A stretch of DNA of 41,544 nucleotides. Source: Nemertoderma westbladi. Its lineage: Eukaryota > Animalia > Xenacoelomorpha. A program made the translations under genes and the position numbers. The stretch spans positions 1 to 41,544 of the forward strand of contig JAUCBJ010000909.1 in the NCBI GenBank assembly GCA_032718475.1, written 5' to 3'. The notes beneath the pieces were generated by a model. That model was given only the letters and a program-made list of their open reading frames with translations. It was not told the DNA's origin and did no database searches. Every line of letters starts with the position of its first letter. Positions within the stretch are counted from its first letter, which is position 1. Shown in pieces: positions 27,245 to 39,190 of the stretch.

Positions 27245-28086
27245 CCCATGTGAAGAATACCAGACTTTCTGCCGTTATATTTCACTTTGCAATTACCCCC
27301 ATGTGAAGAATACCAGGTTTTCACCAAAAACACAGATTACAGGAGGGCTGAATCTAACCAAAACAATAAACGAATTAGTATATGTGTACAGGTTAGGCTA
27401 TAAGAAAGGCTACAGGAAAGGCATGGACAGCCTTGAATAGGCTTTCCAGGATTTGGAAGTCACCGAGAATTAATCGGAAACTTAAGGTCCGATTATTTAG
27501 AGCAGCAGTAGTTCCAGTACTCCTCTATGCAGTCTATGGGAGTCCATCCTGGGCTCTAACTGCTGAGGACACCAAATCTCTGGATGGCACATTCACAAGA
27601 ATGCTACGCCGGGTTCATTGTGTCAAGTACATGCACACATCTCCAACCAGACACTATATAGCATTGGAGGTGTCAAACAAAATCGCCTCCGCTTTGCAGG
27701 ACATTGCTTTCGCCGTGAGGACCAGCCAGTTCATAATCTTGTACTTTGGCAGCCTCATGGAGTGAATAAGCATGGTGGACAGCCCATGACTTTCTTGAGA
27801 CGCATCTTAAAAGGACACTGGTCTTGAAGATGCAGATGATCTAGCAAATGTCATGGGTGATAGGGAGTTGTGGCGGCGCAATTTTGTCGACAAGCCGGCA
27901 CAGCATTCTTAAAAATGCAGCTGCAATGCAGCATGCCGATACTAGTAGTAGTAGGCTATAAGACAGAAATAAGCGGTATAAAACACTTAATAAAGATATA
28001 TTTAAAAAAATATAAAATCTTCATATATAAAATTCCAATAAAAAGTCGACCGAAAAGTTAAATCCTGGTATTCTTCACATGGGCGG
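27245..28086. mobile_element. MITE-like element with probable 9-bp TSD, interrupted by an RTE insertion
   Basis: CCCATGTGAAGAATACCAG(G) at 27245 and 27298, inverted as CCTGGTATTCTTCACATGGG at 28064-28083; GATAGGGGG flanks at 27236-27244 and 28087-28095. Confidence 0.55.
27406..27951 (+). mobile_element. 5'-truncated RTE-type LINE with (TAG)n tail and 12-bp TSD
   Basis: Frameshifted translation LNRLSRIWKS..LKVRLFRAAVVPVLLY..SWALT..LDGTFTRMLRRV / HISNQTLY / RLRFAGHCFR..LVLWQP is typical of the RTE ORF end. Tail TAGTAGTAG; TAGGCTATAAGA duplicated at 27394-27405 and 27952-27963. Confidence 0.88.
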
Positions 28087-28855
28087 GATAGGGGGTGGGG
28101 GGACTTTCAACGCAATAATAATGATCCCTCTCCATGAAATTCGACACAAATAACAGTTCGATTACTCCCATAAATAAAACTATAACCTGTTCTATTGTGT
28201 TCCATTTATTGTTTTGGTTAGAAATACGTGTCACTATAATCTGCTCATTCAGTCATTCGTGTCATTTGACATTTCCCTAAATTGAGAATTTAACATTGAA
28301 GCGAAATATTCATTCACCAACAGACCAAGATGGGATTTGCGAACAGTTAGCAGTTGCTGATAATTGAAACTATTATAAATTAAACAAAGTTGTTCTAGAG
28401 TTACTACAGTCTGACAGTGCTATGGTTGTTGGCAGACATTACATGGATTGGAAATATCACCAAACGCATTCCTTATGACGTATATATTTCTCAATGTTTG
28501 GATCAATTATCGATGGGGCTCCTCTCCCAAATTGTCTATTTGACGATTTATAGAATTTAACCTGTATCTTGCGGTTATAACCCAGCGCCATCGTAATAGG
28601 TACCGCCTATAATATATATGATACACCTACTGGAATATATATTATATATATAGTTCTGTAGTTATGCCTAAAGCGTTCCAGGTTCTGCTGGCTAGCTGGC
28701 TTATAAAAAGTACTGTTTAGACATATCACAAAAGATAGACAAGTAGACTTGGCGAGCCTTTATTGGTAATAATAATAAGCACACAATTTATGCAATAGGC
28801 AATCAACACGCAGCTAGCAACTTTTGAAATTTGGTGATGCTTGAATCTATCTATG

Positions 28856-29455
28856 CAGTCCTGCAAAAGCGGAGGCGGCTCCGCCCTAGAGTCAAGCTAG
28901 GGGAGATTGATGGAACACCTCCAATTTTGTATAGAGTCTGATTAGAGATGTGTTCATTGTACTTGAAACAATGAACCCGGCGCAGCATTCTTGTGAAAGT
29001 ACCATCCAGATATATGGTATCCTCAGCAGTTAGAGCTCCAGCATGGACTCCCATAAGAGTAATGGCACTATTGCTGCTCTAAACAATCGAACCTTAAGGT
29101 TATGTTTTATTCTATGGTCCCATAGTCTGTCCAAATCATGGACAGACTATTTAACGCTGCCCATGCCTTCCCCTTACGTATCCGAAGGTCTTCACCTGAC
29201 TTTCTGATCCACGATCCCAAGTAACAGAAGTCATACACGTGCTCAAGAAAGCCCCGTTGCGTTTGTCCGTAGAGCTTGTGCCCTTACGATCAGACATTTC
29301 TTGAGGGCTGTCTAGGTTGACTGTGATTATTTTGGTCTTCTTGGAATTTACAAAAAGACCAACACTAGAAGCAACCTGCTCCAATTGGCAGAGAAGCCTT
29401 TGGCTGTTTGGGCTCCCTCTAGTGATTCTGACAGTACCTCTAAGTCATCAGTGAT
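28856..29455 (-). mobile_element. Second, diverged RTE-type LINE fragment in the opposite orientation
   Basis: Minus-strand pieces LEQVASSVGLFVNSKKTKII, DFCYLGSWI, IRKGKAWAALN and ALTAEDTIYLDGTFTRMLRRVH...HISNQTLY match the 27406-27951 copy. Confidence 0.85.
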
Positions 29456-30230
29456 CAAAGTCTATAGGCTATTGTACAAAGTCAGATATTAATTCCATAG
29501 TTTGTACCAATGAAATTTAAATTTGTCCGTAATTTGACCATGGTGTCCGGAATTTGATTTGTCCGGAATTTAAAGAGTTAACCCTATATCTATACATATA
29601 TATACCTATATATAGATATAGGCCTACAATCTGACAATGTACAGATGTAGACCTGGGTCCTGGACCTGGACACACTCTGACACTTGGCTGTTGGCTGCTT
29701 GGAAATCTAAACTTCTCTTGACAGCTTGCAGTTTGAATTCATTCAGCCACATTTCTGCATTTAGCCAATTGGATATACTTGCCCAGAGACCTTTCTTGCT
29801 TTCTAGGCTAGTAGGCATTTTAATGTAAATTACTGAATTATAATACCGGCTGACCGGTACGACGAGAAACGGAGAAAGGAAAGGAAGGGCTTAACCAGCC
29901 AAGCTCAGACGCTATGCTAAGCTAAACTTGATAAAGTGCTTGTGCGTGCACTGCACTGCAGTGCATACTCAGATACTGCACTGCATAGGCAGATAGGCCT
30001 CTGTCTGTTAGGCCTACTCTGCTGGTCTGTCTGTCTGTCTGTGCGTGCATCCCGGATATGTCACCGCCCAGCTGTCTGTCTGTTGTCTGTCTATCCGTCT
30101 GTCCTGTCCGTGCCCTGGTGCTGTGGTGCCTTTTCTGCAGTACAGCAACCTGCCAACAGCATGCCAACTGTTATATTTATAATTTAGTAATGGTTGTGTA
30201 TTGATTCCGTAGATTTCATGTTGATTATAA

Positions 30231-30977
30231 CTATTCATCATAACTAAGCATACATCCACTACTGGAATCGTCATAGACTCAAATTGCATCTCACTGAAGC
30301 TCGCAGATGATGCCAATGTTCTCTATTCCCATAACAATGCAAATGTTATTTCTGCGGTTCTCTCATCGAAACTAAATAATATATTCATGTGGGCAACCGA
30401 CAATAAACTATCACTAAACTTTGGAAAAACAAAGAGTATTCTGTTTGGGACCCACCAACGCGTGAATTCTGCAGAACCATTAGACATCGAGTGTGCGAGT
30501 AAAAAAATAGAACAACAAACGTCAGTGAAATATCTTGGCTGTATGTTGAAATCGTCTCTATCAGGAAATCCTATGGCATCGAAGGTGATTAAACGAGGCA
30601 ACTCGACTCTTCGTTTTCTTTATCGTAAGAGTGCCCTGCTTGATTATGAAACCAAACGGTTGTTATGTAACACCCTGATTCAACCTCACTTAGACTTTGT
30701 TGCATCATGCTGGTATTCCAGTGCCAGCAAACAGCTAAAAAGCCAATTACATGCACTTCAACGAAAGTGCGTGCGATTTTGTCTGAGTTTACACCGGCGA
30801 GAGCACGTAACCGTCCAGCACTTCGCGGAGATGGCGTGGCTACCCTTAGACTACCGTATCGACCAAACTATCGTCACCCATATGTATCGCATTACTCGAG
30901 AGCTTTCGCCGCCTTACCTGAGATCCCTCGTTACACTCAATACGGCCAACATCAATCTAAGAGGCAACACGCACAGG
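30231..30977 (+). mobile_element. L2/CR1-group LINE, RT C-terminal half (5' part of an interrupted copy)
   Basis: LKLADDANVLY..., then ORF 30387-30986: W..DNKLSLNFGKTKSILFG, VKYLGC.L, LCNTLIQPHLDF...WY, LQRKCVRF, WL, PPYL. Confidence 0.9.
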
Positions 30978-33519
30978 CCCTATTGAAAAGTTTTATTTTC
31001 TGCGCCGAACGCGGCGCCGGGTGCCTAAAATCCTGCGCCGGCTCGGTGCAAAACCACGCCGGGTGCAAAAAATCCTGCGCCGGCTCTGTGCAAAACCACG
31101 CCGGGTGCAAAAAATCCTGCGCCGGCTCTGTGCAAACCCACGCCCATGCCAGGTGCAAAAATCCTGCGCCGGCTCTGTGCAATGCAAAACGCTGCGCCGG
31201 GTGAAAAATCTTCCACCGGCTCTTTAAAGCTGCACCGGGCTGACTGGTATAAAACATAAAATATGCCTGTTAGACTGTACAGTACCTGTCTGCCTGTAGT
31301 TTATTCGGTTATCTATAATACTGCAACTGCACTAATTGCTAATCCGAGTTGTTACTTAAACGAACGAAAGTTGTGGGTGGGTGAAATGAAAATAAGGATA
31401 CAGAGACGGAAAACCTTAAAGACAAATGCAACAAGTACAGTAGGTACGTTGTTTTATTCCAAAAAGTGTAACATTACGAAACAACTACTTAAGAAACACT
31501 GCATGTAAATTTTTGTTGTCAAGTAAAGTGTACATTTTTTGAAATTACTCAAATGTTACAATATGAATTATAGAAAGAATATTAAAGACTACTTCAGTAG
31601 GCCTAGTCCTTGTATTTATGTACTACGTTCTACTTTACTACATACTACGTACTGTGGTACATTCTTTGCTACAGATACGGTATGTCTGAATGAATAATGA
31701 CTAGCTGTATGTTATGTTATGTTATTAATATCGCCAGAATAACAATAAAATATTAATTTTTGCACATGTACGTACACGTATAGTAGATTAAAATAAAATG
31801 AACACATATCTGCAAAGTACGCTAATAAGCGTATTGCTGTACTGTTGTCTGATTGTAATAAAAATACGGATAATAGTATTCAGGTAAAATTAGTAAAATA
31901 TTTAAAATTATAGTTTATTTACAGTACTTACAGTTGGTGCATATTAATTATTAAAAAAAAAATGAAATTACAGTAAAATTAAATTAAAAAACGGCAAAGC
32001 ATACTTACAGTAGGTTCAAGGGCTTCAACAACATACAGTACTAAAGGCAAACATATTAATAAGGACCAAGGGTATTACGTGCATTAACAACACTTTCCGG
32101 TAATGGTAAAGGATTCCAAATGTTTACAACGCTGTCTACAAAGTTGTTGCGTGTTAGCATTGGTGGAGTTAGGAACGAAACTGGAAGAAATTACATCGCT
32201 CAATTTTGTCAATCCCGTTGATAAACTTGTAGGCCTATGTTGTTATAAGGTCGGCTAGTCCTAGTACACGGCGATATATTAATGTCGGTAGTTTGAGTGC
32301 AAGTAGTCGGTTTTCATATGACAACTCAGCCAGCGATAGTACAACAAACTGTACAAGGCGAGTGACCACACGGTGTTGTACTCGTTCAAGACGTTCAATA
32401 TTTATCATGTCGGAGGAATGGCGAACAAACAACTGTGTCGTATTAAAGGAGAGGCCGAACAAAGGATTTGTATAACAGGGTCAGAGGGTAAACATCGGAG
32501 CTTCCAAATACGTAAAAGTTCTTCGTATTAAATGTACGACTCGCATGGCGCGGGCTGGAGTCTTTGTGCTGTGATGCTGTGAAGGACAAGTCTGGTGTAA
32601 ATGTAATTCCAAAATCGCGTTCCTCGGTCAGTCGGTTGCCGATAAAAGTGTCCGTCCATTCATTGTGTAAAAAGTAGTTGCTTGGGGATTTCTAGAACCT
32701 ATATGCATGCATGACCTTGCACTTGGAGTCATTGAACTGTAATTTCCAATGGTTACACATGTGTGTCGGTAATAAATTGTTTCATTATCAATAGTGCCAT
32801 AGTATAAGTCGTTTTGTTTTATTCACTGTTCAACTTCATTCTGTCTGCCTGTTTTATTATATGTTCAGTTTTATTTATTACGCTTCTATGACAGCGGTGT
32901 CTCCATCCAAATAATATAAATATAATATAAATATAGCTTATACAATACAGCAATATTATGTAAATAAATAAACTGACTATGACCAATAGCAATAATGACT
33001 GATCAGCTGATAGCTGGAACTGTGATAGCCTACCTGCCTACTGCATAACAGCATAAGGTTAAATACGTAAATAAATGACCAGTTTGCAGTCAGCCTGTGC
33101 AGCAGTGCTGCAGTGTGAGTTTCTTTTCTGCCTCATGCATGGCCAGTTGTTATTGTGTTGCTGTGCTGTTGGTCTGATGAACGCATATCTGCTGTCTCAG
33201 TCTCACTGTCTGCCTGGTGCTAGGTTCGGCTGATTTCTGCGCCAGGCAAATATGTACGCCGGGTGTGCTGGGCTGATTACTGCTCCGGCGCCAGGTCAAT
33301 TTCTGCAGCGTCGACGCCGGGAATATTTCGACGCCTGCTGCGCCGAGCGCAGCATCTCTACCATTGCCAGTGCTCCGCCGGCTACGCCGGCGTAGCACAT
33401 CTCTGCGCCGACCCTTCCGGCTCACTGCCCGGCGTAGCACATTTCTGCGCCAGCTCCCGGCGCAAGTTCTAGTGCTGCGCCGAACGTGCTCGGTGTACAT
33501 GTAAAACTTTTCAATAGGG
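30978..33519. mobile_element. Non-autonomous DNA transposon (2.54 kb), perfect 18-bp TIR, 8-bp TSD, GC-rich subterminal repeats
   Basis: CCCTATTGAAAAGTTTTA (30978-30995) / TAAAACTTTTCAATAGGG (33502-33519); CGCACAGG duplicated at 30970-30977 and 33520-33527. TGCGCCG-rich repeats at ~31000-31240 (period about 42 bp) and ~33230-33490. Removing it restores the host LINE frame. Confidence 0.92.
32060..32760 (-). mobile_element. Decayed CR1-type LINE fragment nested in the DNA transposon
   Basis: Minus-strand pieces HWKLQFNDSKCKVMH, EERDFGITFTPDL, IERLERVQHR, LSYENRLLALKLPTLIYRR and RNNF..SVVNIWNPLP..ESVVNA are CR1 ORF2 motifs. Confidence 0.85.
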
Positions 33520-34213
33520 CGCACAGGGCCGTCGTCCCACGCCGTAAAACCGTATCAGGCACAGAGTGCTTCTCGTTTGCGGCGCCAAAACTCTGGAATA
33601 AGCTCCCTGATGACATCAAAAACAGTGTGTCACTAGAAAGCTTCAAACATAGCGTAAAAAAGTACTACTTCTTTAAACTACTATCAGGCGACAAATCAAA
33701 CTATATTTATTTTTTTTAAAAACTTTTAGATAATTAACAATCATAGTAAATATTTACAAATAAACTCAGTCTCTTTACTGCTTCTAGATCATTATTTTTA
33801 GATATTTTAATTAAATCTTACATTGTATTGCACTTTTCATATATTTTATTTTATTTATTTTATTTAATTAAATTTTTACTCTCATGCCGTATTTGATGAG
33901 CGCTAATTAATAGAATGAATTTTAAATAGGACCCCCATGGAAACGAGGTATAACCTCATGGGGCTATCCTAGGTGCACCATATTATTTTTAAATAGTGTT
34001 ACTGTGTTAACAGGTTAACGTTATTTTTAATTTTGTTGTAAATGTTGTCAGAATGCTGGAACGTTATGCAGGGCCGATCATTAAGTATGTCTATTTATGC
34101 TGTCAATTTTAATATGTTTCGTAATTTTAATATGCTTTGTGTTCGTTTTACAGTAGGCACTATTACTATAATTTGGCGTCCAATAAAAAACTTCAACTTC
34201 AACTTCAACTTCA
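33520..34213 (+). mobile_element. 3' part of the interrupted L2-like LINE: ORF2 end, 3' UTR with stem-loop, (AACTTC)n tail
   Basis: HRAVVPRRKTVSGTECFSFAAPKLWNKLPDDIKNSVSLESFKHSVKKYY; stem-loop AGGACCCCATGGAAACGAGGTATAACCTCATGGGGCTATCCT at ~33928-33970; AATAAA followed by AACTTC repeats at ~34182-34213. Confidence 0.85.
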
Positions 34214-36170
34214 TTCTGCCATTTGGAAACAGATTTAAATATAGGCCCAATCAAATGCCAACAGCATGCTGAATTGCTAAACACTAGCTGACTAGTCCTA
34301 TCAGATTTGTCAGATTACTGGATTACCGGTATCAAGCGGTAGATCTTTATCGTAATTATTAGTACTGTCTGACTGTAGTCATGTAGGTACCGGTAGTAGG
34401 CCTAACATATTCAACAATCAATATTGGTTTTAATTTCGTGTTTGGTCAAGTCTCTAGGGGCTAGGCTAGGCCTCCTACCTGCCTACGACTCAGCGACTAC
34501 CGTTATATTTATCGATTATCCTACAGTACTGCAGTACCAGTAAACCCTATGTCTGTATGTAGTACAGCAGTCCTATGTCTGTATGGCAGACAGTAGGATA
34601 CATTACCGGTATTATAATAAGATAGGCCTACCCTGCCTACACCACACACCACTCCATCAGCCCTCCCCAGCCGAGCCCCTCACTGACACAGTTTCAACAA
34701 AGAATAAACTACAAAACTATACCGTCATGCGGTCCCTAAGATATATTGCAGTGACAGTTGACAGTATTATACGCTGGTAGTATTGTACTAGAGTTCATGG
34801 CAATGGGCCACTGAATACCCACACGATATTATATAAACCTTCTGAATGCAACACAAGAGAGCTGCACCAATACTAACTAGAATTGCTGGTATCAACCATC
34901 CTCTTTGGGCAGTGAAACTGTTTCTGTTGCCAGCGTGGTTACAGCCTCCAATTGGCTAGCTGCCACCGGCACCAGTTAGATCTACCAACCCCATTATCTT
35001 CACTAACTTTACGTGAATTGAACCTCGAATGTAAACAAAAATACCGGAATGGAAGATGATAATATGCATGGATAATATTAGTCTCGTTGGATACATTGTA
35101 AGGAATAATTATGGAATTTAACTACGGAATAGTTTTAACTTTTATAACACGGACTGATACAAAATATTATATAAACCAACCATTCCAATTCTACTTTAAA
35201 GCGGCTGTTTCGGTGACAATTAAATTCCAAATGATTAGTTTCGATTTGTTATATTATTGTATATTGACCTAAATAACTTGTAATGTTTTATCTACATTAT
35301 ACTGGCACTGGGACACACAATCACTATCATTTAGCCCGATCATGTAGATATAATTTCATGCGTTGTTTCATCCGACATTGACACATAACAAAATACATTT
35401 GGCAAAGATTTACTAAATAATTAATTAGGGGTTTAAATAAATGTTTATAATGGACCTTGAAGTTGTTTAATGAGTCAAACTATAACTACATCCTAGGCTA
35501 AATGGGACAGTGTTAATTCCAATAATATGTCCACTCAAACACACACTATGGTAAACTACTCAGACGTCACAAACCCTGTTGTAAGATTATAATCCAACAA
35601 TGCCGTCGGGTTGGGTGGACTATAATACACTATCTGCATATAATCTATATACTTTAACTTTTGAATAATAGGCCAACCTAACTAAGCCAGCAAGCCAGGG
35701 GTTATTTTATGCAATGGTTACAGTGTTCTGTTATTATTTCAATAAGTATTCATAGTTCATAGTGGTGAAACTACTATTATTTAACCATTTAATTACTCGG
35801 TACATCTATTTCTGAGCCCCTGTAGTATACGATACCAGGAATTTGTACAAAACCTTTTGCAATATTCTGAAGTACCACATCCACGAGTTAGTAACTAATT
35901 ATGTGGTATAGTAGAGTTTGACCAGACGTAAAAAAACATCTCTAGGCCCCTGCCTGTATCAGAACAAGTTTAAAGAAGTATAAATTATTATTCAAAAATT
36001 TAGCACACATATACAACACAATACAACTTACTGGGTATAACACATTTATATAATAATTTACAATGTACATGTTATGTAGGAACACCAAGTGGTTTGGCGG
36101 GAGCATAGGGGATTCCGGATTGGTTGTTGTTGTCGGAGTGGTAACTGACTGACAAGTCGGGTGAGTTGAA

Positions 36171-36227
36171 GCCGGCACAGCATTCTTAAAAATGCAGCTG
36201 CAATGCAGCATGCCGATCCTAGTAGTA
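36171..36227 (+). mobile_element. Extremely 5'-truncated (~57 bp) copy of the RTE 3' end with TSD
   Basis: GCCGGCACAGCATTCTTAAAAATGCAGCTGCAATGCAGCATGCCGAT(C)CTAGTAGTA is near-identical to 27894-27950; GTGAGTTGAA duplicated at 36161-36170 and 36228-36237. Confidence 0.88.
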
Positions 36228-38594
36228 GTGAGTTGAAGGGAGACTCATCTCAGGGTTACTGGTTGGGACCCCAATGATGTTGATAGAAGCACTGATGGAC
36301 CTAGGTGGTACAGTTCTAAGGATTCCATGGCATGATTAGCGCACATGGACCATCATCACCATACCATACACACACTGTGTCTCACATATGCGTGTAAGTC
36401 TGCTGTAAACGCAAGCATATACAGAGTCCAGGCTTATCAACTTTTAGACTCACAGGGCACGAGTTTAGATTTCTCCCCAAGGTACTGTACAACGCAACGT
36501 TCTTGTATAGGGTTCGAGATCGAGTTAAACCAAACACCTCTCGACATTGATGGTCAACAATGCATGCAAGATCAATTTACATTTTAAACTATGCTGTGTC
36601 TACGTTTGTATCTTAGCTAGAGTAAGAAAAAGTTATTGGTTATATGAACCTTATAAAACCACACCAACCTCTTCAATCACTTATACAAATACAAACAAAG
36701 TAATCCATTCATATTCCTATAAATTTTTGTAATGCAGTATCATTTTTCTAAGAATTATTTCAAATTTTATTCATTCAATATTTTGTAACTATATGGGTTA
36801 ATCCGATTCCCCTTTTTCAGAGTTCAACAGTCCACTCACTATATAGAGATAACATTTAAGTTCTACTATTGCCTTTCATCGTACTGAAACTGCGTCCACT
36901 TTATACAATTCTATTTACCCCAAGACAAAGATAAATTAATATTAATAACTATAAAACGCGATAAGCATATGGCAATGTAAGTCAGCATGTCATTTAATTA
37001 AAGGTACATTAGATGATGATGACAAGGCCAGAATCATAGAAAGCTGAGGAGGAGGTTATACGACAAAACAAACATGACGCACCGAAGTAGTAGTAATGAA
37101 ATTAATTAATATAATATTCATAAAATCTAATAAATAATGTAGTAATGGATGGGTTTGGTAATACGATACGTACGTAAAGGATCAGCTACCGCTGATGTTT
37201 TACCGTATTAATTTTTTGAATTACAATTGTGAAGGGTAAGGTACCTTTGTCTGTTTCCCGTGGTACCAACATAACAAATATTTACGGGTAATTAGAATGC
37301 GAAGTTGGAAAATTGGAGGCTGTCCGGGGGGGATTTTCAATGACATATCTCCCCAGTATGTCTTGATTGAAAGTTGAGCCTTAGAGAGTAAATTAGAGCA
37401 GAGAGTGCTGCTTATGCCTAACCTCGCTGGCAACGCCGGTTCTTCCAACGCACATAGCCGGCAATTTCATATTTTGTTTAATTCACTTCCCAGGAGGAGG
37501 AATTCTGGCGTGTAGGATGAGTTGCTTCGTGCACAGAGGCATCCGCGTAAGTTCCACTGGAGTGGCCACTTTAAAGCCGGTGTCTCAGAAAAGCTAATCA
37601 AGGAATTGGGAATAGAGTTACCCGGGGATTGAATTTACTACGACATAAAATCCCCTCTAGGCCCCTGTGGCATTTACAGTTGGCAGAAAATCCTATGGAT
37701 TTAGTGGGGGACAATGGAAATAAACGCCAGTTTTGGTGACGGAATTTTGAGAAATTGAAGTTTACATTTTATTTGATTTAGTTCTCATCGAGTGAAGGAA
37801 TGGAGCGGAAGTCCATTTTGGACTGGCCGATGTCAATAGAAATAGTTTCCTATTCTACATACCAGATAGATGACTGTATAGTCAAATAACTTTGATAAAG
37901 CTATTAAATATTTTCAATGGTTCATCACAGATCAGCGATTCAGAGACTGAATGAGACACCATTCCTTCCTCACGATGTACATCATGCACGTTGAACATCC
38001 AGTGTAGCAGCGGTCACTCTTTGTCATCACTTCTTCATTCCCCTAAAAGTCTAAACAACTTTACGCATGCTGTTTTGTGTGCATGCATGGTGCTGTTTCA
38101 TTACTCTAAACAACTTCTTCAGCAACCACGACACAGTTTTGTCTTGCGAAAATGACAGGACACATACGGAGGCTCTGTAGTATACATTGCTGTTAACTAT
38201 AACGGTGTACTGAAAGTTTATTATTAATTTCTTCCGAGTTTAATATACAATATTATCATTATTCTTATTCTTATTCTTACAATATTCGTAGTTTTAGATA
38301 GATCATTTATGGACATTATTCATTATAAGCATCATTGGGTAGCACCATTCAGTCATCACAATAATTAGTATTCAGTAAGGCACCCGATGATTCTCCCACT
38401 CCCCAATGTCATTATAACACGATCGAACAGCTGCCAAGTGTGACTGCTCCAACAGTACAGGAACTAACTTAAACCATATTACAAATTCACCTTGAAAAGT
38501 ATAAAAAATAATTGCATGTTATTTATTTTGCTGTGCGTGCCTAGAGAACTGGTAACGCACACCTCCCCTCCCTCATTGTATGCACTCTTCTCAG

Positions 38595-38640
38595 CGGAAC
38601 AGCATTCTGGATGACTTCGAATTTCATTGAGCCGAAGCTG
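38595..38640 (+). CDS. Candidate next exon of the ankyrin gene (46 nt, phase 2/0)
   Basis: Acceptor CACTCTTCTCAG, donor CTG|GTCAGT. Open in the phase left by the 20380 donor: (S)GTAFWMTSNFIEPKL. No homology support. Confidence 0.45.
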
Positions 38641-39190
38641 GTCAGTGTAGTTTTGATATGGCTTTGCTGTAAATTAAACGGAAATTGTCAATATTATTTG
38701 TTAACATTTTGTGCTTCCTTTTACCAAAGGTACACTCTGACTCTATCTATGTCTAGGTGAAGGAGGTGAGGTATACTGTGTAGTGTTCGCTACATCATGC
38801 ACTTAAAAATTGAATTAATCCATTATTGCTCAAATCTATTTATGGCCTCCTCTTCAGTCCAGTTTATGCCGACTCAAACTCTCATCGTCCACTTTTGCAC
38901 TAGTTGGATGTTGTTGGATTCACATCCTTACGGCCTTTAATTTGCGGCAATGCATTAGCTGAGTAATAATAATTATGTAAAACGCCCTACATTATGCTGC
39001 CGTAGCCGACATCTTCTTACGTCCTTTTTTCTTTAGACACTGGCGAAGTCCGTCCTTATTACACTTAGGAAACACTTATTTTAATAGGAAACAATTTTCC
39101 TTAAGCCGTATTATTACGTCAATTTGTCGTCATATTATCAATGATCCCGTCTACTACAGCTGTTGAAACGTCCTGAAACTATTTCCATCT

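Larger units (their letters stand above)
26809..29584. mobile_element. Non-autonomous DNA transposon in a TA-rich tract, 27-bp TIRs, carrying nested insertions
   Basis: GGGTTGACTATTCAAATTCCGGACAAA (26809) versus TTTGTCCGGAATTTAAAGAGTTAACCC (ending 29584), 24/27 match. Both ends abut TATA runs. The subterminal motif TGTCCGGAATTTGA recurs at ~26998, ~29524 and ~29544. Confidence 0.7.

Noticed and set aside
29990-30120. (TGTC)n-rich tract as a Helentron/DINE-like element
   Set aside because: Only low-complexity sequence is seen; I could not identify the diagnostic subterminal inverted repeats or 3' hairpin.
30952-31257. Arg/Cys-rich short ORFs on both strands (also 33150-33524)
   Set aside because: They are GC-rich subterminal repeats of the DNA transposon.
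37221-37448. 75-aa minus-strand ORF in a moderately GC-rich patch
   Set aside because: No recognisable motif or convincing splice context.
38757-38765. Possible 9-nt microexon TAG|GTGAAGGAG|GTGAGG
   Set aside because: Splice-like signals and frame preservation are present, but such short matches arise by chance; needs RNA evidence.
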